Below, one piece after another: positions 1 through 9,057 of a stretch of 64,000 nucleotides of DNA; positions within the stretch are counted from its first letter, which is position 1; each line of letters starts with the position of its first letter. The notes beneath the pieces were generated by a model. The model was not told the DNA's origin. It made no database searches and worked only from the letters and a program-made list of their open reading frames with translations. The translations under genes were made by a program, and so were the position numbers. This stretch comes from an uncultured Candidatus Rokubacteria bacterium (GTDB taxonomy: Bacteria; Methylomirabilota; Methylomirabilia; Rokubacteriales; CSP1-6), in contig CAVWFS010000007.1 of assembly GCA_963754315.1 (NCBI GenBank), positions 512,001 through 576,000 of the forward strand, in the 5' to 3' direction.

Positions 1-31
1 ACGTCTTCATGACAAGAACATTGAGAAAGGG

Positions 32-481
32 TTACTCCGGGTCCGGAAGGATCGAGCGCGCGCCCCGCATCTGAATAGCCTCCCGCCGCTCCAGCTGCTC
101 TTGACACGCCACACAGGTGACGGCGTCCGGCAAGGCGCTAAGCCGACGGAGCGCGATGCGCGCGCCGCATTCCTCACAGATCCCGTAGCCGCCGGACGCG
201 ATGCGGGTGAGCGCGCGCCGCAGCCGCCGCCCCCGCTCCACGAGCCGCTCAGTGCTCAAGCTCGTGACCTCGTGGAGCTCAACCGCCTGAGCGGCCTCCA
301 CGAGCTCCGCCGCCTTCAGCTCTTTGCCGTCCGCGTCGCCCTCGGAAGCGCTTCGTAGCTCGTACAGGCGATGCTCGAGTTGCTGGAGCTCCCGTCGCAG
401 ACGCGTCTTTGCGTCGTCGGTGGCGGCCGCTCCTGGCCGCTGACTCGTGACCGCGCCCCGACCGTACGTCACGCGAGTCAC
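32..481 (-). CDS. TraR/DksA family C4 zinc-finger protein
   Basis: Coiled-coil N-terminus plus GYGICEECG...RL.ALP....CVACQ; the GTG start overlaps the glpQ stop (GTGA). Confidence 0.85.
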   Translation of the reverse strand: MTRVTYGRGAVTSQRPGAAATDDAKTRLRRELQQLEHRLYELRSASEGDADGKELKAAELVEAAQAVELHEVTSLSTERLVERGRRLRRALTRIASGGYGICEECGARIALRRLSALPDAVTCVACQEQLERREAIQMRGARSILPDPE

Positions 482-1680
482 TCCCCTTCCGGCAGCAGCT
501 CGAACAAAAAGCGGGCGGCGGCCGCCGTGTCCGGGAAATCGGCAAAAACGCCGTCGATGCCCAGCGCGTAGAACTGCAAGTACTCCTTGACCGGGTTCCC
601 CGTGTAGTCGGCGGCCAGGCGCCGCCCCTCGTTGCGGAACGTCCAGGTATGCACGAGCAAGCCTACCTTGTGAGCACGGGTGACGAGGTCGGTCGCCGGG
701 AGCAGCGCGCGGTCGGCCTCGTCGATCAGGCCGTCGCCGTTCTCGTCCCCAATGATCCCGTCCCCGTTAAGGTCCTTGGCCACCGTGCTGACGATGTAAC
801 GCTTCCACGGGCCGATGCCATCGGCATAGGTCCGGACCTCCTTGAGCCCCTCATCGGTGGCAAAGAAGGCAAAGGTCCGCGCCTGGAGGGCGGGATCGCC
901 CGACACCGTCCAGTCGTACGGGCGATCGAAGGGCGCCGTGTAGTCCAGGGTGCCATCGGGGTTGACATCGTTGGCGTCCACCAGCTGGATCAGTCGCACC
1001 TTCGTGAGCCTGCGCAGCTCCTTCAGGTTCGATTGCTCGAACGACTGGATGAACACCGGCGAATCGCGCCGGTCCAGGTCCGCGCGCCGGAGCACCTCCA
1101 CCAGCTTCCGCTCCAGGGGTAACCCGATCGACCGGTGGTAGGTCGGATGCTTTGTCTCTGGATATATGCCAATGGCTCGCCCCTTGTCCTTCGATGCGCG
1201 CTTGGCCAGTGCGATGATCTCCTCCAGGGTCGGAATCCGGAACACGCCGTTGAACTGTTGCGGTCGCTCGGCGAAGGCCTGGACCGCGCGCAGCGTCTTG
1301 ATTTCAGCGAGGGTAAAGTCGGACGCAAACCATCCTTCCTCTTCGAAGCCGTCAACCTTCGCCGTCCGTTTACGGCTGGCGAACTCCGGTCGATTCTTGA
1401 CGTCGGTGGTGGCGATCAGGTTTGGCTCGTGGCGGGCGATCAGATGACCGTCACGCGTCATCACCAGGTCGGGCTCGATGTAGTCGGCGCCAAGCTCGAT
1501 GGCCAGCTGGTAGGCGGCCAGCGTGTGCTCCGGAAGATAGCCGCTGGCGCCGCGATGTCCAATGATCAGCGGTGCTCGGTCGTGTTCCCGCCGTGAATCG
1601 GCGTGCACCGGGTCCGGGCCAACCGCAAGAATCGTCATACTCAGCATGCTTGCGAGTAACAGCCTACGCACCGTCGGCAT
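478..1680 (-). CDS. glpQ: Secreted glycerophosphodiester phosphodiesterase
   Basis: Signal peptide; [44 protein letters not shown] and [10 protein letters not shown] motifs. Confidence 0.93.
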   Translation of the reverse strand: MPTVRRLLLASMLSMTILAVGPDPVHADSRREHDRAPLIIGHRGASGYLPEHTLAAYQLAIELGADYIEPDLVMTRDGHLIARHEPNLIATTDVKNRPEFASRKRTAKVDGFEEEGWFASDFTLAEIKTLRAVQAFAERPQQFNGVFRIPTLEEIIALAKRASKDKGRAIGIYPETKHPTYHRSIGLPLERKLVEVLRRADLDRRDSPVFIQSFEQSNLKELRRLTKVRLIQLVDANDVNPDGTLDYTAPFDRPYDWTVSGDPALQARTFAFFATDEGLKEVRTYADGIGPWKRYIVSTVAKDLNGDGIIGDENGDGLIDEADRALLPATDLVTRAHKVGLLVHTWTFRNEGRRLAADYTGNPVKEYLQFYALGIDGVFADFPDTAAAARFLFELLPEGE

Positions 1681-1812
1681 CGCGATCCTCCCCTGATGGA
1701 ATGGACAGGGGCAGCCTACAGATCGGGCGTCTACAGTGGTGTGAAGCTTTGTTATCGATCCCGTAATGTGCGGCGCCCGCAGGCGGACGGCGGTGCGGGA
1801 CTCCCTGCGTCC

Positions 1813-2868
1813 CTAGCGAGCTACGAGGTCGGAGACGAGCTTCACGAGGCGGCCGAAATCGGGTGAGCCGGTCACGTCGACCAGGGTGACCCGGGTGAGC
1901 AGCGCCCGATATCGCTGCTCGACGTCCGCCAGAGCGGGCGCATTGGGCTCGAGATCCAGATCGAAGGCGCCCAGATCCTTGTAGAAGAGCGGCAGGTTCG
2001 ACAGCGCCTCGCTCACTTCGATGGGGCGCACGCGAACGGTGCCGCCACGGCGGTGCCAGCGCAGGAGCACCAGGGCCCGCATACGGGCGCTGAGATCGAC
2101 GGTGCCCGGACCATAGACCAGGTCGAGGTCGACATCGCGCTTCTCTTCGAGGTTCCAGAGTTCGTCCGGCGGCAGCGCATTGAGGCGGGCTCGTTCCTCG
2201 GACGAGAGCAGCGAGCTCAGTCGTGGGTGCGTGAGGAGGGTTCCCGGGTTCACCCGCGGCTGCTTGGGGTAACCCAGCACCTCTACCGCTCCCGCGCGCT
2301 GCCTGGCCAGCACACGATCGTTGGAGACGAAGCGGAAGCCCCCTTCGATGCAATGGAGGGCGGCCGTGGACTTCCCGGCGCCAGCCGGCCCCGCCAGCAC
2401 GACGCTCTGGCCACGCCAGGAGACCGCGGAGGCGTGGAAGAGCACGTGACCACGGCGGAGCATGGCCTTGGCGTAAACGGCATTGATCAGGTTGATGCCC
2501 TGGTTGAGGTTCATCCGCAGGTCGCCGACCGCGAACGCTCGGTCCGGCAGCAGTCCCATGAGAACCCGGGTGGCTTGCTTCAGGATGAGCCGCCCGCCGC
2601 CGGCATTGCGGATCGACTCCTTCACCCGGCGCCCGCCGGGCCGAACCAGGTCACGGAACTCGCCCTGGGCCGGCGGGCGCCCCTGGATCAGGCTCACCAC
2701 CAACCGTGGGTGCGCACCGGCGGCCATCACGTACGGCGCGTAGTAGCGACTGAGGCGTGCGTGGATCTCGAGGTCGTTGCTGAGCACCCGGATCGCGACC
2801 CCTGCCAGCTCGAGATCGAGGACCCGAGGCGTCTCGAAGGGGGCGATCAATGCGGCCACTGAGCTCAC
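1813..2868 (-). CDS. HprK-related kinase B (GAK system)
   Basis: FHASAV...LAGPAGAGKST Walker A, FVSNDR, GYPKQPRVNPGTLL, LWNLEEKRDV; GTG at 2868 overlaps the upstream stop. Confidence 0.85.
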   Translation of the reverse strand: MSSVAALIAPFETPRVLDLELAGVAIRVLSNDLEIHARLSRYYAPYVMAAGAHPRLVVSLIQGRPPAQGEFRDLVRPGGRRVKESIRNAGGGRLILKQATRVLMGLLPDRAFAVGDLRMNLNQGINLINAVYAKAMLRRGHVLFHASAVSWRGQSVVLAGPAGAGKSTAALHCIEGGFRFVSNDRVLARQRAGAVEVLGYPKQPRVNPGTLLTHPRLSSLLSSEERARLNALPPDELWNLEEKRDVDLDLVYGPGTVDLSARMRALVLLRWHRRGGTVRVRPIEVSEALSNLPLFYKDLGAFDLDLEPNAPALADVEQRYRALLTRVTLVDVTGSPDFGRLVKLVSDLVAR

Positions 2869-3752
2869 TGGGCGTCCTTCACCCGGCGCATGATCACGTC
2901 GGCAAGGAGCGGTGCGGCATCGATTCCGCACGCCACCGACAGGCCCCGGAACCCCCCGAACGCGCTCACCTCGAGGACCACAAAGCCGCCGTCAGGGGTC
3001 TGCATCAGATCGACGCCCGTGAACACGAGGCCAAAGTGCCTGGCCGCGGCCAGTGCCATCTCGAGCGCCGCCGGAGGCGGGGCAGCGCGCTCGTACCGCC
3101 CACCAGCCCGGATGGTGGTCATCCACTGATCGGGCGCCGCGACGCGCCAGTAGGCACCCACGCACTGTCCGTCCAGCACGGCCACGCCGAGGTCGCGCCC
3201 GGGGTGCTCGATGGCACGTTGGAGGTAGAAGGGACCGAGGCCGGCTGCCCGGTGGCGAGCGAGGACCGTGCGCACGTCGCGCATGGCATCGAGGCGCTCC
3301 ATCCCGCGTCCCTTGGAGGTGAAGAGCGGCTTGAGGACGGCGGCCCCGAAGCGCTCCACGGTGGCCATCGCCTCGTCAATGTCCTCGGTGAGGACAGTGT
3401 CCGGCGTCGGCAGGCCCGCCCGCGTCAGTTCGAGTGTCATACGATAGCGATCGACGGCGACCTCGAGGCGGTCGGGCTCGCTCAGGATCCGCACCCCGGT
3501 ACTCTCGAGTTGTCGGAGCAAATTGATCCGCTCGCGCACCGCCCAGCCCCCGGCCGCGTCGCCGATCTTCTTGACCACGGCCCCTTCCAGGCCCTCTACC
3601 GGCACGCCGCGATAGTGAAGCCGAGGATCCGGAAGACGAAGACTGCAGAGGGACAGATCGATGACCGGCACCGCGCATCCCGCAAAACGGAGGGCAGCGG
3701 CCAGCCCCTCCGTCGACCACGCGCCGAGGGTCCCGATGACGGCGATCCTCAT
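2865..3752 (-). CDS. RimK-like ATP-grasp enzyme (GAK system)
   Basis: GAWSTEGLA, VVKKIG, VLKPLFTSKGRGM, WMTTIRAGGRY, FTGVD, VLEVSAFGGFRGL. Confidence 0.88.
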   Translation of the reverse strand: MRIAVIGTLGAWSTEGLAAALRFAGCAVPVIDLSLCSLRLPDPRLHYRGVPVEGLEGAVVKKIGDAAGGWAVRERINLLRQLESTGVRILSEPDRLEVAVDRYRMTLELTRAGLPTPDTVLTEDIDEAMATVERFGAAVLKPLFTSKGRGMERLDAMRDVRTVLARHRAAGLGPFYLQRAIEHPGRDLGVAVLDGQCVGAYWRVAAPDQWMTTIRAGGRYERAAPPPAALEMALAAARHFGLVFTGVDLMQTPDGGFVVLEVSAFGGFRGLSVACGIDAAPLLADVIMRRVKDAQ

Positions 3753-5350
3753 ACGTCCGCCTTGGCCACGCGCTCGAGCAGCCGAACGCCCCGCAGGAAC
3801 AGGCCGCGCGCGAACTCGAAGTCTGTGACCAGCCGCGCAGAGGTGATGAACGACCGCGCCTGCGAGAGGGTCAGCCGCGTTTGGAAGTGGTCGTCACCGA
3901 CGAGGTTCGCGAATTCGCTGGCGAAGCGCGCCACCATCTCGTTCAGCCTCGTGAGCTGGGTGGCGAGTCCCTCGTCCTGGAGCGGGGTGCGCAGATTGGA
4001 CACGAGGAACACGCCGATGTCCTGGGCGTAGTCTCCGGACCCACTCCGATGGACGTCGACGAAGTGCACACGATCGATGGGAGCGGCGTAGATGATGTTG
4101 TTGGTGTTGAAATCCCCATGGATGCGAACGATGACGGGCGACGCGATCCGCTCTTGCACGCACCGCACCTTCTCCAGCAACTCGCTGAGGGCGAGGTGGA
4201 CGATCCCGAAGACTCGGGTCGGAACCTCCCGCTGGCGCGCTAGGCGCGGATGGACCGCGTAGAGATTGGGCAAGCGCTCGCGGATCTGGCCCACGTAGTC
4301 GACGACCAGTCGTTCCTTGATCGACGTCGAAATCCAGATCTCCCGCAGCGTTCCCAGAAGGCACTGAGTGGCGGCCAGCTTCTCGGCCCAGGGGCGGGCC
4401 ACGTATATGTCGCGCAGCAGAACACCCTCCAGGAACTGCCCCAGGAAGGACTCGCGCCCGTCCTGCTGGTAGCGCGCCTTCACATCCGGCACCAGTCCCG
4501 GCACCAGGCGATTCCACTCGTCCATCTCGCGCAGCTCTTCGTCGATCTTCCGCTCTGCCCCTTCCTTCCAGATGAGCGGCCGTCTCTGACCAATGGCCAC
4601 CCGGCCCAGTCGCGCCCCGCTGATGCCCCCCCAGATCTGTTGCAGATCGATCCTCGTGTCGCCCTCGGCAGCCAGGGTGCCCGCCAACTCTTGAAGGTGC
4701 AGATACTGGTGCAGCTTCAAGCGCTCCCCGGTCAGCAGAAAGAGGGTCGACTCACCGATGTTCAGGATCGAATCGCCGATTCGTTCAAGGAACTTGAGCA
4801 CAAACAGGTTGGTGATGATGAAAGCGGGTTCGACGTTGGCTTCCCCCAGCCGGCACAGGGCTTCGGCCAGCGCGTCCCGGTAGCGTCGGTCCAGCTCGAG
4901 CTCACAGCGGCAGGCGTCCTTGGCCTTGTCGGCGTCGGCATCGGTGAACGATTCGATGACTTCGTCGAGGGCGGCCAGCGCTACCCGCGTGGCGCCGGCC
5001 AGGTCGAAGGGCACGGCGCGGGACGAGAGCCGTGAGACATGGACAGCTTGCTCGGCCACGTTTACCGCGTAATCCCCGAGCTTCTCGAGGTTCAACGCCA
5101 CCCTGAAGGCGCCCCGGAACTGTCGGAGCCGGACCCCGTCGGGGTCGTGTGCGCCCTCGGTCAGGCGCCGAAAGCACTTGTCCTCGATGAGCCCAAGGAG
5201 GTTGTCGACCTGATCGTCCTTCTCGGTGATCTGGCCGGCCAGCCTGACGTCACGCTGGAAGAACGCGGTGAGAGCACTGCTGACCTGCGACTGGACCAGG
5301 CGAGCCATCATCACGAGGTCCTGGCCCACATCGTCCAGCAGGATCGCCAC
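3749..5350 (-). CDS. PhoU domain fused to an APH/kinase-like phosphotransferase
   Basis: PhoU repeats (DDQVD, LEKLGDYAVNVAE, LERIGDSILNIGE) followed by GGISGA, HGDFNTNN, FVDVHRS, DYAQD; start taken as GTG 5350, just after the amphi-Trp stop. Confidence 0.85.
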   Translation of the reverse strand: MAILLDDVGQDLVMMARLVQSQVSSALTAFFQRDVRLAGQITEKDDQVDNLLGLIEDKCFRRLTEGAHDPDGVRLRQFRGAFRVALNLEKLGDYAVNVAEQAVHVSRLSSRAVPFDLAGATRVALAALDEVIESFTDADADKAKDACRCELELDRRYRDALAEALCRLGEANVEPAFIITNLFVLKFLERIGDSILNIGESTLFLLTGERLKLHQYLHLQELAGTLAAEGDTRIDLQQIWGGISGARLGRVAIGQRRPLIWKEGAERKIDEELREMDEWNRLVPGLVPDVKARYQQDGRESFLGQFLEGVLLRDIYVARPWAEKLAATQCLLGTLREIWISTSIKERLVVDYVGQIRERLPNLYAVHPRLARQREVPTRVFGIVHLALSELLEKVRCVQERIASPVIVRIHGDFNTNNIIYAAPIDRVHFVDVHRSGSGDYAQDIGVFLVSNLRTPLQDEGLATQLTRLNEMVARFASEFANLVGDDHFQTRLTLSQARSFITSARLVTDFEFARGLFLRGVRLLERVAKADV

Positions 5351-5352
5351 GC

Positions 5353-5634
5353 CTACCCCCGCCCACCACGCGAATCCACCTCGACGTGGAGATCGGTCGC
5401 ACGCGCGCCCTCCCGCCGCTTCCAGGCCACCTCCACCGCGATCTTGCCCTTGTGCCCCTTGCTCCCGATCTTCAGCTCGAGCTTGACCTCGCTTGGTGGT
5501 ACGAGCCGCAGGGCCCGCTCGCCCGACTCCAGCGACACTTCGCCCCGTTTGAGTCCGGCGGCGAGCGACGTCAGGTACTCGGCAATCTCGTCTGCCGTCC
5601 CGATCAGCTCGAACTCGAAGCGATCCTTGGCCAT
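5353..5634 (-). CDS. Amphi-Trp domain protein
   Basis: 93 aa; EIAEYLTSLAAGLKRGEVSL...LELKI...KIAVEVAW pattern; GGAGG SD upstream. Confidence 0.85.
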   Translation of the reverse strand: MAKDRFEFELIGTADEIAEYLTSLAAGLKRGEVSLESGERALRLVPPSEVKLELKIGSKGHKGKIAVEVAWKRREGARATDLHVEVDSRGGRG

Positions 5635-5669
5635 GATGGCTCCTCCGGATTTTCGCCGTCTGGGAGCGC

Positions 5670-5921
5670 CTACTTGTCCCCGTCCTCGTCGTTCTTGGTC
5701 TGCCGCCAGGCAATTGCAATCTCGATCTTCGCCTTGCCCTTTTTCTCGCTCGCTTCGATCTCGAGGGAGAGGTCGCCCTCGGGAAACACGGTAATCCGCT
5801 CGTCCCCCATGGACAGCGATAGCCCGCGTGCGCGAATCCCCTCGGCGATGCGGGTCAGCGTGTCCGCCGCCTCCGACGGCGACGCTGCGCCCTCGAACTC
5901 GAATTCCCGACTATCTCCCAT
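5670..5921 (-). CDS. Amphi-Trp domain protein
   Basis: MGDSREFEFE...EAADTLTRIAEGI...LEIEA...IEIAIAW; paralogous to its neighbour. Confidence 0.85.
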   Translation of the reverse strand: MGDSREFEFEGAASPSEAADTLTRIAEGIRARGLSLSMGDERITVFPEGDLSLEIEASEKKGKAKIEIAIAWRQTKNDEDGDK

Positions 5922-6180
5922 GACGATCTCCCCCCGGCACCGCGATTCTGATGAGCGGGCGCTTGGGCCATTGAAGTCTGATGTCCACGCGCGTGACACG
6001 CCGCTTCGGCTTGAACTCGATCTCGAGAAGGAGAAACTCGGCGGTGGCGATGGACGTTTGCTGTTCCCCCGCCACGAAGGTCAGTTCCCCGGCGAGCACC
6101 CCTCGCGCCAGCTCGGACAGATAGAAGGCCGCCGCATCCCGGCGAGCGCGCACGCGGAGTTTCGCCGGTATGGTGGGCAC
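5911..6180 (-). CDS. Divergent amphi-Trp domain protein
   Basis: AAFYLSELARGVLAGELTF...LEIEF...VDIRLQW; AAGGAG upstream. Confidence 0.7.
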   Translation of the reverse strand: MPTIPAKLRVRARRDAAAFYLSELARGVLAGELTFVAGEQQTSIATAEFLLLEIEFKPKRRVTRVDIRLQWPKRPLIRIAVPGGDRHGR

Positions 6181-6219
6181 CGCTGCATCTCCTTCACCCG
6201 GCGCCGAGCGTCGGGCTGA

Positions 6220-7017
6220 TCAGACGCCGGCGGGCACCCCGAGGGACTGCCTTCGTAGAGCCCGCACGTCGCCGCCGTAACACCTGCGTAATGTTTTCGA
6301 AATGTTTTTCAGGGCCTTAGCGGCTTTTACGCGGACCGGAGTGTACGGGGAGGTTCCGTAGCCCGTCAAGCCTTCTTTGATGGTCTTGATGAGGGCGCTG
6401 ATCGTGATCTCGTCGGTGTGCATCGTGGTATGGCGCACGCCAAGTTGCAGCCAGTGGTGCGCGTCGCTGCCGGCCACGACGGGGAGTCCCAGCGCGCGGG
6501 CTTGCACCACGAGCATCGTTTCGGTTCCGAAGTCCTTGCCGTTCACCTCGAGGGCATGCAGGCGACGCAGGTCCGCCGCGGCGAACTTTCCAAGCTCCTT
6601 GCCGGGACGGAACATGTGAGCGCCGATACGCGCGACGTCGAAGTCGTCCGTCACGTCCAGAAATTCGCGCAGAGCGGGTTCATAACCGCGGGACAGCGGT
6701 TCATGAAAAGCCCGATCGAGCCGCCTGATCTCTGCTGTCTCGGCGAGCACGACGACGTGGGCACCCTCCCGGATGTTGATCTCTGCACCGGGAATCAGGG
6801 CGACTCCCTGAGCCCAGAATACCCCCCCCGCGCATGGGTAGGTCGCCTCCAGATACGTTGGAATCTCCCAGTAGGCCCTGGCATGGAAGTGCTCGGTGAG
6901 GGCCACGCCGTCGAGCCCCACGCGCTGGGCCATCCGGACCATCCGAGCCACCGAGCCCGGGTTGAAGGCGAAGTGCTTCGACATCTTGGGGTGCGAGTGC
7001 GTATCAATCCGCTTCAA
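6220..7017 (-). CDS. PHP-domain metal-dependent phosphoesterase
   Basis: IDTHSH, ALTEH, GAEI...H, AH, LEVNG, GSDAH motifs; TTG start at 7017 after GAGGAGG. Confidence 0.85.
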   Translation of the reverse strand: MKRIDTHSHPKMSKHFAFNPGSVARMVRMAQRVGLDGVALTEHFHARAYWEIPTYLEATYPCAGGVFWAQGVALIPGAEINIREGAHVVVLAETAEIRRLDRAFHEPLSRGYEPALREFLDVTDDFDVARIGAHMFRPGKELGKFAAADLRRLHALEVNGKDFGTETMLVVQARALGLPVVAGSDAHHWLQLGVRHTTMHTDEITISALIKTIKEGLTGYGTSPYTPVRVKAAKALKNISKTLRRCYGGDVRALRRQSLGVPAGV

Positions 7018-7127
7018 TCGAGGAGCCTCCTCGGACGCAGTCCACGTCAATCCACATCCGTCCACACCACCGAACCTCGCGTCCCCGAAGATTGTTTCCC
7101 GGTTTTCTGTGCATCGTGCGGAACATA

Positions 7128-7174
7128 CCACAATATAGTGTTGCGACTTGGCTACGTCATAGCAAATCTTGTGT
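7128..7174. promoter_or_regulatory. Tandem NrdR-box-like sites overlapping the promoter of the PHP/GAK operon
   Basis: CCACAATATAGTGTTG (7128-7143) and ATAGCAAATCTTGTGT (7159-7174), offset 31 bp, in an AT-rich patch; the minus strand reads TGnTATGTT (extended -10). Confidence 0.5.
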
Positions 7175-7248
7175 TACTGGGGATGAGGGTGCGTTACTCG
7201 GTGGACAGCTGGGGATAGCGGGGCAGCCGGAGGAACCGGCCGCCGGTC

Positions 7249-7998
7249 CTACCGGGCTTCAGAGATCGTCGGCGGAGGGATCGTGGCCGGCCATCGTGCC
7301 AGATCGAGAGCAGCGGACGGCCCATCGTAGACCAGCAGCCCCTCGGCGAGGGAGATGATCCGGTGCGCGTGCGCTCGAGCGAGGGTCGCAGATGCCACGC
7401 TGGCCAGAATGGCCATGCGCTCCGCGCGAGCCAGAACGTGGAGAGTAGCCAGGAGCACCCCGGCCTCGCGGGCATCGAGGCTCGCGTCGATCTCGCGCAC
7501 GATCAAATGATCCGGATGCCGAGCGATCTCACGAGCAATCACCAGGCGGGCCCGCCCCTGCGAATCGAGCCGCGCCACGTCCTGCCGGGCCATCTCGCTC
7601 AGGCCAAGCCTGGCCAGGGCGTCGAGCGCTGCCCTTCGCTCGCCCGGCACGGGGAGACGCAGAAAGCCCAGGAGCGCCGGCACACCCGGTCGTCGCGCGG
7701 CCAGGGTATTCCAGAGTACCGAGCGCGAGGCGACGAGGGGCAGAGTCAGGTCAGCGTCGCCCACCCGAGCTCGGAGTCGTCCAGTGGTCTCCCGGGTCAT
7801 GGGGACGCGCCCGACATAGGCGCGTCCCTCCTCAGGCAGCCGACGGCCGGAGACCACGTCGAGGAGCGCCAGGCGCTCGGCGGCATCCCGCGCGACGACG
7901 ACCGTCAACGAGGCTGATCCGATCTGGGCACAGACGCGATGAAGAAGCCACCCCTGCCCTGGCTCTCGCGGTACACCGACGCCGAGCAGCTCGATCAT
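7249..7998 (-). CDS. Degenerate PhnC-like ABC ATP-binding-fold protein
   Basis: ABC fold order is recognisable (PEEGRAYV, SVLWNTLA, ALARLGL, RLVIAREI, SLD, AHRIISLAEGLLVYDGP), but Walker A, the signature, Walker B and the H-loop are all substituted. Confidence 0.65.
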   Translation of the reverse strand: MIELLGVGVPREPGQGWLLHRVCAQIGSASLTVVVARDAAERLALLDVVSGRRLPEEGRAYVGRVPMTRETTGRLRARVGDADLTLPLVASRSVLWNTLAARRPGVPALLGFLRLPVPGERRAALDALARLGLSEMARQDVARLDSQGRARLVIAREIARHPDHLIVREIDASLDAREAGVLLATLHVLARAERMAILASVASATLARAHAHRIISLAEGLLVYDGPSAALDLARWPATIPPPTISEAR

Positions 7999-8067
7999 GA
8001 AGCCATCCGTCGATGGAACTCGAGCCACAACGGCTCGCGCTTCACGAATCGCTCTCGGTCGCTGGAA

Positions 8068-8985
8068 TCATGCACGGACTCGCTCGAAGGTCTCGCGTAG
8101 CAGCATCCCGTGCCGGACCCCGTGCGCTGCGACCAGCAGACCGCGGTAGCCGCCGAGCCGAATCAGCTCCTCCAGGACGAGGGTTCCTGCTACCACCACG
8201 TCAGCTCGGGTCGGTTTGAGGCCGGGAAACTGCCGGCGCTCTGCGAGCGGCAAGGTCGCCAGGCGGTGGCGCATCGCCTCCACCTCGGCCAGCGATAGTC
8301 GCAGTCGCTGCGCGGCTCCTCGCCTGACTTCACGCCCCATCAAGCGGGCCAGGGCCCGCGCGGTCCCTCCGATCCCGATCAGAGGCTCGCCGTCGCGAGC
8401 AGCCGGTAACAGGTCCCCGGCGGCAACGCGAACACGATGGCGCAGGGCGTCCAGCTCCTCCGGCGTGGGCGGATCGGAGGCGAGAAAGCGCTGAGTAGTC
8501 CGCAGCGCTCCCAGTGGAAGGCTGCCGAGCGCCACAGGTTCTCCCTCGCAGATCGCCGAGAGTTGAAGGCTGCACCCACCGAGGTCGACCACGACCGCAT
8601 CACGGAGCTGGAGTGAGGCACGTGCCGCGAGGGCACCCAGGCGCGCCTCCTCATCAGCGTTCAGGACGGCCACCTCCAGCCCTGCCCCGACGCGAAGACG
8701 CTCGAGCAGCTCCTCGGCGTTGGGAGCATCTCGTACGGCGGCCGTTGCGATGGCGAGGACCCGACTGGGTGGCTCCCGTCGCGGCATGCTCAGGAAGCGC
8801 GTCACCGCCTCGGCCGTCGCTAGGATGGCCTCGGCCGGCAGCGCCCCGTCCGCTCCCGAGCCGAGCCGCGTCTGCGCCCGCGTGTCGAGCAGCACCTGAT
8901 AGCCCGCGCCTGGCACGATCCGCACGAGCATGAAACGCACAGAGTTCGAGCCCAGATCGATGAGCGCGGTCAATTCGGGGCCCAC
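8068..8985 (-). CDS. ppx: Ppx/GppA family exopolyphosphatase (short form)
   Basis: IDLGSNSVR, ATAAVRDAPN, EEARL, DLGGCS, GIGGT, GVRHG. Confidence 0.9.
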   Translation of the reverse strand: MGPELTALIDLGSNSVRFMLVRIVPGAGYQVLLDTRAQTRLGSGADGALPAEAILATAEAVTRFLSMPRREPPSRVLAIATAAVRDAPNAEELLERLRVGAGLEVAVLNADEEARLGALAARASLQLRDAVVVDLGGCSLQLSAICEGEPVALGSLPLGALRTTQRFLASDPPTPEELDALRHRVRVAAGDLLPAARDGEPLIGIGGTARALARLMGREVRRGAAQRLRLSLAEVEAMRHRLATLPLAERRQFPGLKPTRADVVVAGTLVLEELIRLGGYRGLLVAAHGVRHGMLLRETFERVRA

Positions 8986-8993
8986 GAGCGACT

Positions 8994-9050
8994 ACCATAC
9001 GGTGGGCGGCGTGCCAACTTCGTGACGGCGGCGTAAATTTTCGGTGACGG
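8994..9050 (-). promoter_or_regulatory. Pho-box-like array of four 11-bp direct repeats with a -10 element upstream of ppx
   Basis: Minus strand ccGTCACcgaa aaTTTACgccg ccGTCACgaag ttGGCACgccg (9050-9007), then TATGGT (8999-8994). Confidence 0.6.
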
Positions 9051-9057
9051 ACGGGCG

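Noticed and set aside
1700..1770. Pho box upstream of glpQ
   Set aside because: Candidate half-sites (ATTAC, ATAAC, TTCAC) are spaced 10-12 bp irregularly; plausible biologically but too weak to call.
5351..5719. N-terminal 123 aa of the 656-aa PhoU ORF
   Set aside because: It overlaps a clear amphi-Trp gene in another frame; the real start is probably GTG 5350.
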